From assembly GCF_019423025.1 (NCBI RefSeq), contig NZ_JAHZCD010000007.1: a DNA stretch of 64,000 bases; one strand, given 5' to 3'. The position numbers were made by a program, and so were the translations under genes. This document shows, in pieces, positions 57,364-64,000 of the stretch (position 1 is its first letter; each line of letters starts with the position of its first letter). Below the pieces are notes generated by a model. It saw nothing but the letters and a program-made list of their open reading frames with translations, ran no database searches and was not told the origin of the DNA. Origin of the DNA: Haemophilus sp. (lineage in GTDB: Bacteria; Pseudomonadota; Gammaproteobacteria; Enterobacterales; Pasteurellaceae).

Positions 57364-60129
57364 ATGATGTCATTTGCAATCGGTCAACGTTGGATTAGCG
57401 AAACAGAAAATAGCCTCGGATTAGGGATGATTACCGCCTTAGATTTCCGCTCGGTTACCCTTCACTTTCCTGCCACAGATGAAACCCGAATTTATGCGGT
57501 GACACAAGCGCCATTAACCCGAATTGCATTGAATAAAGGGGAACAACTTCATCACCAAACAGGTTGGCAAGGTGAGGTCCTCGATGTTCAAGAAATGAAT
57601 GGTCTCTTATTTTATTTAGTCAAAAATGCGCAAGGCGAAGACATTATCGTCAATGAAAAAGAACTTTCTCCGATAATTTCTTTTAGCCAAGCAAAAGATC
57701 GCCTCTTTTCATCACAGATTGATCGTAGTGAACATTTTGCGTTGCGCTATCAAACCCTTCTGCATCAACAAGCTCAATTTCAATCGCCTTTGCGAGGCTT
57801 ACGAGGTAATCGTGCGGGTTTAATTCCTCACCAGCTTCATATTGCGCAAGAAGTGGGAAATCGTATCAATCCTCGCGCGCTCTTAGCGGATGAAGTGGGG
57901 TTAGGTAAAACCATTGAAGCAGGGATGATTTTGCAGAACCAGCTTTTTGCTGAAAAAGTACAACGTGTGTTAATTATTGTACCGGAAACCTTGCAACATC
58001 AATGGCTTGTGGAAATGCTACGTCGTTTTAATCTACATTTTTCATTATTTGATGAAGAACGTTGTGAAGATTTTGCCGAACAAGCCATCAATCCATTTAG
58101 CACGGAAAGCTTAATTATATGTGCATTAGATTGGTTGAAAGCTCATCCTCATCGCGTACAACAAGCCATTGAAGCTGAATTTGACTGTTTAATTGTCGAT
58201 GAAGCGCATCACTTGGCTTGGTCTGAAAATGCACCAAGTACCGCTTATTTATTGGTGGAACAATTAGCCAACGCTATTCCGTCCGTTTTATTACTCACCG
58301 CAACGCCTGAACAACTGGGTCTAGAAAGCCATTTTGCACGCTTACGCTTGCTTGATCCTGAGCGTTTTTATGATTACCAAGCGTTCTTGAAGGAACAGGA
58401 AAATTATCAACCTGTTGCGAATGCCGTGCAATCTTTACTCTCAGAGAAGCCGCTAAGTGCGGTCGAAAAAAATCATATTTCTGATTTACTTCATGAGCAG
58501 GATGTCGAACCATTATTTAAAGCCTTAGCCTGTCATAATGACGACGAAAAGCAAGCGGCACGACAAGAACTCATTCAAAATCTCATCGACCGACATGGCA
58601 CAAGCCGTATTTTATTTCGCAATACACGCCAAGGGGTGAAAGGCTTCCCGCATCGGGTTTACCATCAAATAACGATTGATGCGGCTGAAGTAGACGAAAA
58701 AATTCATTGGTTAATTGATTTTTTAAAATCACACCGAAATGAAAAAATCTTAGTCATTTGTAAAACAGCACAAACGGCAATTCAACTTGAGCAAATTTTA
58801 CGAGAAAAAGAAGCCATTCGCAGTGCCGTTTTCCATGAAAGAATGTCGATTATTGAACGAGATCGCGCGGCGGCTTATTTTGCCGATACCGATAATGGCG
58901 CACAAGTTTTACTGAGTTCTAGCATTGGTTCTGAAGGTCGAAACTTCCAATTTGCTTGTCATCTTGTACTCTTCGATTTACCAGAAAATCCTGACTTAGT
59001 TGAGCAATGTATTGGGCGTTTAGATCGTATCGGACAAACGCGAGATGTACAAATTTATGTACCTTGCCTCTCAAACTCTGCGCAGCAAGATTTAGCTCGT
59101 TGGTATCATGAAGGTTTAAATGCCTTTGAACAAACTTGCCCTATTGGCATGGCATTGTTTGAACAATATGAATCGTTACTAAAAGTGCGGTCAGAAAACA
59201 AAGAAAATTTTGAACAACTTATTCTCCAAACGCAAAAACAAGCAAAAGCATTGCGCTTAGCCTTAGAGAAAGGCCGTGATCGTTTGTTAGAATTAAATTC
59301 TAATGGTGGAGAAAAGGCACAACGACTTGCGTCAGAAATTGCTCAAACAGATAATTCGCCACAATTAGTCGATTTTGCACTGAATTTATTTGATATTATT
59401 GGTGTAGAACAAGATGATTTAGGTGAAAACAGCATTGTTATCACACCAACGGGCACCATGCTTGTTCCTGATTTTCCTGGATTAAAAGAAGAAGGTGTTA
59501 CAGTAACTTTTGACCGACAACTTGCTCTTGCTCGTGAGGAATTAGAATTTCTTACTTGGGATCATCCAATGATACGCCAAGGCATTGATTTAATCGCTTC
59601 TGGTGACATTGGCAAAACATCGATGGCATTATTAATCAATAAACAGCTGCCTGCTGGCACGCTGTTGGTTGAATTGATTTATATGATTGAAAGCCAATCA
59701 CCAAAAGGTTTGCAACTGAATCGTTTTCTTCCGCCTACACCTGTTCGCTTATTGCTGGATAGCAAAGGAAACGATCTCGCCGGACAAGTTAATTTTGATA
59801 CATTGCAAAATAAACTTAAGCCGCTAGGTAAAGACATTACGAATAAAATGGTCAAAATGGCTCGTCCAAATATTGAGCAATTAATAAAAATAGGCGATCA
59901 CAAAATGACTGAAATCGCACAAGCTCAAATTCAAGAAGCCAGCAAATTAGCCGATCAAATATTGAGCACAGAGCTCAATCGACTTATAGCCTTGAAAGCA
60001 GTAAATAAAAATATTCGTCAGGCAGAAATTGATGTATTAGAAAAACAACGCATGCTTTCTCTGGAAGAGTTAAGTAAAGCAAGCTGGCGATTAGATAGCC
60101 TTCGGGTAATAGTGACAAACAAGGAATAA
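57364..60129 (+). CDS. rapA: RNA polymerase-associated SNF2 ATPase RapA (HepA)
   Basis: [18 protein letters not shown] start parallels E. coli RapA. Motifs [15 protein letters not shown] and DEAHHL. Followed by rluA, as in E. coli. Confidence 0.94.
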   Translation: MMSFAIGQRWISETENSLGLGMITALDFRSVTLHFPATDETRIYAVTQAPLTRIALNKGEQLHHQTGWQGEVLDVQEMNGLLFYLVKNAQGEDIIVNEKELSPIISFSQAKDRLFSSQIDRSEHFALRYQTLLHQQAQFQSPLRGLRGNRAGLIPHQLHIAQEVGNRINPRALLADEVGLGKTIEAGMILQNQLFAEKVQRVLIIVPETLQHQWLVEMLRRFNLHFSLFDEERCEDFAEQAINPFSTESLIICALDWLKAHPHRVQQAIEAEFDCLIVDEAHHLAWSENAPSTAYLLVEQLANAIPSVLLLTATPEQLGLESHFARLRLLDPERFYDYQAFLKEQENYQPVANAVQSLLSEKPLSAVEKNHISDLLHEQDVEPLFKALACHNDDEKQAARQELIQNLIDRHGTSRILFRNTRQGVKGFPHRVYHQITIDAAEVDEKIHWLIDFLKSHRNEKILVICKTAQTAIQLEQILREKEAIRSAVFHERMSIIERDRAAAYFADTDNGAQVLLSSSIGSEGRNFQFACHLVLFDLPENPDLVEQCIGRLDRIGQTRDVQIYVPCLSNSAQQDLARWYHEGLNAFEQTCPIGMALFEQYESLLKVRSENKENFEQLILQTQKQAKALRLALEKGRDRLLELNSNGGEKAQRLASEIAQTDNSPQLVDFALNLFDIIGVEQDDLGENSIVITPTGTMLVPDFPGLKEEGVTVTFDRQLALAREELEFLTWDHPMIRQGIDLIASGDIGKTSMALLINKQLPAGTLLVELIYMIESQSPKGLQLNRFLPPTPVRLLLDSKGNDLAGQVNFDTLQNKLKPLGKDITNKMVKMARPNIEQLIKIGDHKMTEIAQAQIQEASKLADQILSTELNRLIALKAVNKNIRQAEIDVLEKQRMLSLEELSKASWRLDSLRVIVTNKE

Positions 60130-60130
60130 T

Positions 60131-60790
60131 ATGGCACTTATTGAATACCATCCCCCTTTAGAACCGTATTTAGATATTATCTATCAAGATAATCATATCT
60201 GCGTGGTAAATAAACCAAGCGGTTTACTTTCAGTTCCTGGCAATCAACCTGAATACTACGATAGTGCAATGAGTCGGGTAAAAGAGAAATTTGGATTTTG
60301 TGAACCTGCACACCGTTTAGATATGGCCACAAGTGGGATTATTCTTTTTGCATTAAGTAAAGCGGCAGATAAAGAGTTGAAACGTCAATTCCGTGAACGT
60401 GAGCCAAAGAAATATTATCAAGCTTTAGTATGGGGACACTTAGAACGAGATAGTGGGGAAATAAATCTTCCAATGATTTGCGATTGGGAAAATCGCCCTC
60501 GTCAACGCATCGATTTTGTATTTGGCAAAAGAGCGGTCACTTTTTATGAAGTTTTAGAACGATTACCGACTAACTGTACTCGAGTGAAACTGACTCCAAT
60601 CACAGGACGTTCGCATCAACTTCGTTTACATACGCTTGCGCTTGGACATCCCATTTTAGGGGACAAGTTTTATTCTCACCCACAAGCTAAATCAATGTCA
60701 CCTCGCTTATGCTTACACGCAGAAGAACTTACGATTACGCACCCTATCACAGGTGAAAAAATGACATTCAGAGCTAAAGCTGAATTTTAG
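60131..60790 (+). CDS. rluA: Dual-specificity rRNA/tRNA pseudouridine synthase RluA
   Basis: VVNKPSGLLSVPG, HRLDMATSG and PITGRSHQLRLH are near-identical to E. coli RluA motifs. Confidence 0.94.
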   Translation: MALIEYHPPLEPYLDIIYQDNHICVVNKPSGLLSVPGNQPEYYDSAMSRVKEKFGFCEPAHRLDMATSGIILFALSKAADKELKRQFREREPKKYYQALVWGHLERDSGEINLPMICDWENRPRQRIDFVFGKRAVTFYEVLERLPTNCTRVKLTPITGRSHQLRLHTLALGHPILGDKFYSHPQAKSMSPRLCLHAEELTITHPITGEKMTFRAKAEF

Positions 60791-60803
60791 GAAAACGAGA
60801 TAT

Positions 60804-60832
60804 AAAAAAGGCTCACATCAGTGAGCCTTTTT
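60804..60832. terminator. Bidirectional terminator between rluA and rplQ
   Basis: aaaaaa-ggctcac-atca-gtgagcc-ttttt. Confidence 0.85.
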
Positions 60833-60848
60833 ATTTTATAACAAATTA

Positions 60849-61256
<408 letters not shown>

Positions 61257-61272
61257 TTAACCTATGACCAAA

Positions 61273-62262
61273 CTAGTCTTCAGCAATACTTGCTGGTGGC
61301 CAATTCTCAAGGCGCATACCAAGTGACAAGCCACGTGAAGCGAGAACGTCTTTAATTTCAGTAAGAGATTTCTTACCAAGATTAGGCGTTTTTAATAACT
61401 CAACTTCTGTACGTTGTACTAAGTCACCGATATAGTGAATTGTTTCTGCTTTCAAACAGTTAGCAGAACGAACTGTCAACTCTAAGTCATCAACAGGACG
61501 TAATAAAATCGGATCAAATTCCGGTTTTTCTTCCTTGACTTCAGGTTGACGAACATCACGCAAATCAACGAATGCATCGAGTTGCTCTGCTAAAATTGTT
61601 GCTGCACGACGAATTGCTTCTTCCGGATCAATAGTCCCGTTAGTTTCTAACTCGATAACTAGTTTATCTAAGTCAGTACGTTGTTCAACACGTGCTGCTT
61701 CAACATTGTAAGCAATACGGTCAACCGGGCTATAACAAGCGTCTACTAATAAACGACCGATTGGACGATCTTCATTTTGTGAATGAGTACGAGCAGATGC
61801 AGGTACATAACCTCTACCACGTTGAACACGAATACGCATATTAATAGATGCGTTTTCGTCTGTTAAGTGACAGATTACATGTGATGGATTAACAATCTCA
61901 ACATCACCATCGTGGGTGATATCTGCTGCAACAACAGGGCCAATTCCAGATTTATTTAATGTCAGAATAACATCATCTTTATTCTGTACTTTAACCGCTA
62001 GACCTTTAAGGTTTAAAAGAACTTCAAGAATATCTTCCTGAACACCTTCTTTACTACTATATTCATGCAATACGCCATCAATTTCTACTTCAGTTACAGC
62101 ACAACCTGGCATTGAAGACAGAAGGATACGACGTAATGCATTCCCTAGAGTATGACCAAAGCCACGCTCTAACGGTTCTAAGATCACCTTAGCATGAGTA
62201 GAGCTAAATTGCTCGATATCTACTAAGCGTGGTTTTAAAAATTCTGTAACAGAACCCTGCAT
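61273..62262 (-). CDS. rpoA: DNA-directed RNA polymerase subunit alpha
   Basis: [18 protein letters not shown]... 329 aa. Confidence 0.98.
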   Translation of the reverse strand: MQGSVTEFLKPRLVDIEQFSSTHAKVILEPLERGFGHTLGNALRRILLSSMPGCAVTEVEIDGVLHEYSSKEGVQEDILEVLLNLKGLAVKVQNKDDVILTLNKSGIGPVVAADITHDGDVEIVNPSHVICHLTDENASINMRIRVQRGRGYVPASARTHSQNEDRPIGRLLVDACYSPVDRIAYNVEAARVEQRTDLDKLVIELETNGTIDPEEAIRRAATILAEQLDAFVDLRDVRQPEVKEEKPEFDPILLRPVDDLELTVRSANCLKAETIHYIGDLVQRTEVELLKTPNLGKKSLTEIKDVLASRGLSLGMRLENWPPASIAED

Positions 62263-62293
62263 TTTATCCTCTCTTTGCTTTTAAGCTTAACTA

Positions 62294-62914
62294 TTATTTA
62301 GAGTAAAGCTCAACGATCAGATGTTCGTTAATGTCTGCTGATAAATCAGAACGTTCAGGAACACGTTTGAACACACCTTCCATTTTCGCAGAATCAACTT
62401 CTAACCAAGTTGGTTTTTCTCTTTGTTCTGCTAATTCTAATGATGCTTTAATACGTGCTTGTTTTTTAGATTTCTCACGAACAGCAACGACATCATTTAC
62501 AGAAACTTGGAAAGATGGGATATTTACAACACGACCATTTACGACAATCGCTTTGTGGCTCACTAATTGACGAGCTTCTGCGCGAGTTGCAGCAAATCCC
62601 ATGCGATAAACAACGTTATCCAATCTACCTTCTAATAATACTAGTAAGTTTTCACCAGTATTACCTTTTAAACGGTTTGCTTCTTTATAGTAGTTACGGA
62701 ATTGACGCTCTAAAATACCATAGATACGACGAACTTTTTGTTTTTCACGTAATTGACTACCATAGTCAGACAAACGCGGTTTACGAGCACCGTGTTGACC
62801 TGGTGCTGTATCAATTTTACATTTTGAATCAATCGCACGCACACCTGATTTAAGGAATAAATCAGTGCCTTCACGACGGCTGAGCTTGAGTTTAGGGCCC
62901 AAATATCTTGCCAT
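62294..62914 (-). CDS. rpsD: 30S ribosomal protein S4
   Basis: [24 protein letters not shown]. Confidence 0.98.
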   Translation of the reverse strand: MARYLGPKLKLSRREGTDLFLKSGVRAIDSKCKIDTAPGQHGARKPRLSDYGSQLREKQKVRRIYGILERQFRNYYKEANRLKGNTGENLLVLLEGRLDNVVYRMGFAATRAEARQLVSHKAIVVNGRVVNIPSFQVSVNDVVAVREKSKKQARIKASLELAEQREKPTWLEVDSAKMEGVFKRVPERSDLSADINEHLIVELYSK

Positions 62915-62943
62915 TTTCTTTCTCCAACTATCCTATTACGCCA

Positions 62944-63336
<393 letters not shown>

Positions 63337-63349
63337 TTATTTACCCCGA

Positions 63350-63706
63350 CTATTTTTTGATCGGCTTACGTGGACCCTTACGGGTACGCGCATTAGTTTT
63401 AGTACGTTGACCACGTACCGGTAAACTACGACGATGACGTAAACCACGGTAACAACCTAAGTCTAAAAGACGTTTGATGTTTAGTGTTACTTCACGACGT
63501 AAGTCACCTTCAACGGTAAATTTACCAACTTCGTCACGCAGTTTGTCAATCTGCTCTTCAGACAATTCGCTGATCTTAACATCTTCAGCAATACCCGCCG
63601 CAGCACAAATGCTTTTAGAACGAGTTTTACCGATACCGTAAATTGCAGTTAAAGCGATTACAGCGTGTTTGTGATCAGGAATGTTAATGCCTGCAATACG
63701 GGCCAC
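63350..63706 (-). CDS. rpsM: 30S ribosomal protein S13
   Basis: [20 protein letters not shown]. Confidence 0.98.
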   Translation of the reverse strand: MARIAGINIPDHKHAVIALTAIYGIGKTRSKSICAAAGIAEDVKISELSEEQIDKLRDEVGKFTVEGDLRREVTLNIKRLLDLGCYRGLRHRRSLPVRGQRTKTNARTRKGPRKPIKK

Positions 63707-63847
63707 TATGCACTCCTATTATTTTAACTAATTTGGTATTCTGATCTTGAAAAGCCCGTTTTCAGGATACTCAAACAGAATACCAAGGACATAAATGAGT
63801 TGAGTAGTATAACTACTCAACCGGTTCTTTGCAAGAAGAAATGTTAA
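63707..63847 (-). promoter_or_regulatory. Alpha-operon leader (S4 translational-repressor target upstream of rpsM)
   Basis: 141-nt rpmJ-rpsM spacer, as in E. coli. 11-bp long-range pairing ttggtattctg (63733..63743) / cagaataccaa (63776..63786). Local 10-bp hairpin gttgagtagt-ata-actactcaac (63799..63821). Confidence 0.6.
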
Positions 63848-63961
63848 TTAACCTTGACGTTGTTTATGTTTAGGGTCGCTGCATAATACACGAACAACAC
63901 CTTCACGCTTAACAATTTTACAGTTACGACACATCTTCTTAACGGAAGCACGAACTTTCAT
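63848..63961 (-). CDS. rpmJ: 50S ribosomal protein L36
   Basis: Below the ORF-track size cut-off. The hand-translated reverse strand gives [37 protein letters not shown] (37 aa). AAGGA RBS upstream. Confidence 0.95.
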
Positions 63962-64000
63962 TGCTTATCCTTTTTACTTAAATGAACAATTACTGTCCAA

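Noticed and set aside
63962-63999. Possible 3' end of secY upstream of rpmJ
   Set aside because: This is the expected gene order, but only ~38 nt are visible. More than one frame ends in a stop here, so I cannot support a call.

Overview
Chromosomal segment of a Pasteurellaceae bacterium, probably Aggregatibacter-like. This is inferred from three things: about 50 perfect copies of the Hin-type uptake signal sequence AAGTGCGGT/ACCGCACTT (counted by eye, not computed), a pgaABCD locus, and a mannose-family PTS. GC is roughly 40% on hand-counted lines. By my count the sequence is 63,999 nt, because the last line has 39 bases.

There are about 70 densely packed protein-coding genes. I saw no rRNA or tRNA genes, no CRISPR array, and no transposase, integrase or phage genes.

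Gene order:
- YdbH-like gene (open at the left edge), manXYZ PTS, AhpD-like protein, periplasmic msrAB plus a TlpA-like thioredoxin
- Fur-box-preceded FecBCDE-like iron-siderophore ABC operon, pgaABCD, pckA, IroE-like esterase with a Fur box, hslO
- an OmpP2-like porin gene that is out of frame
- waaC-EamA-waaF, hldD, a thioredoxin-like protein, deoC, proS
- nlpD plus a small paralogous lipoprotein, a YqaA-like protein, surE, truD, rraB, slyD, hslVU, aphA, rmuC, yqhA
- a DUF4189-like lipoprotein, hslR, nudE, an OPT transporter, cysQ
- zwf-pgl-[small accessory islet]-gnd, srmB, yfiC, pnuC, rapA-rluA
- the alpha ribosomal operon (rpmJ-rpsM-rpsK-rpsD-rpoA-rplQ) with its S4 leader

I do not see a convincing new multi-gene system such as a defence-island-like cluster. 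The window is mostly core genome with small accessory islets.

Most noteworthy observations:
1. The porin gene is knocked out of frame by an A8 tract directly after its ATG. This could be a phase switch, a pseudogene or a homopolymer sequencing error.
2. A decayed ~160-bp duplicate of a GNAT gene 3' end brackets a two-gene insert, and an AT-rich orphan gene follows, all in the zwf-gnd gap.
3. An EamA transporter is translationally coupled between the two LPS heptosyltransferase genes.
4. A small lipoprotein upstream of nlpD duplicates the NlpD N-terminal region.
5. The iron ABC ATPase has a Walker A Gly-to-Cys variant.
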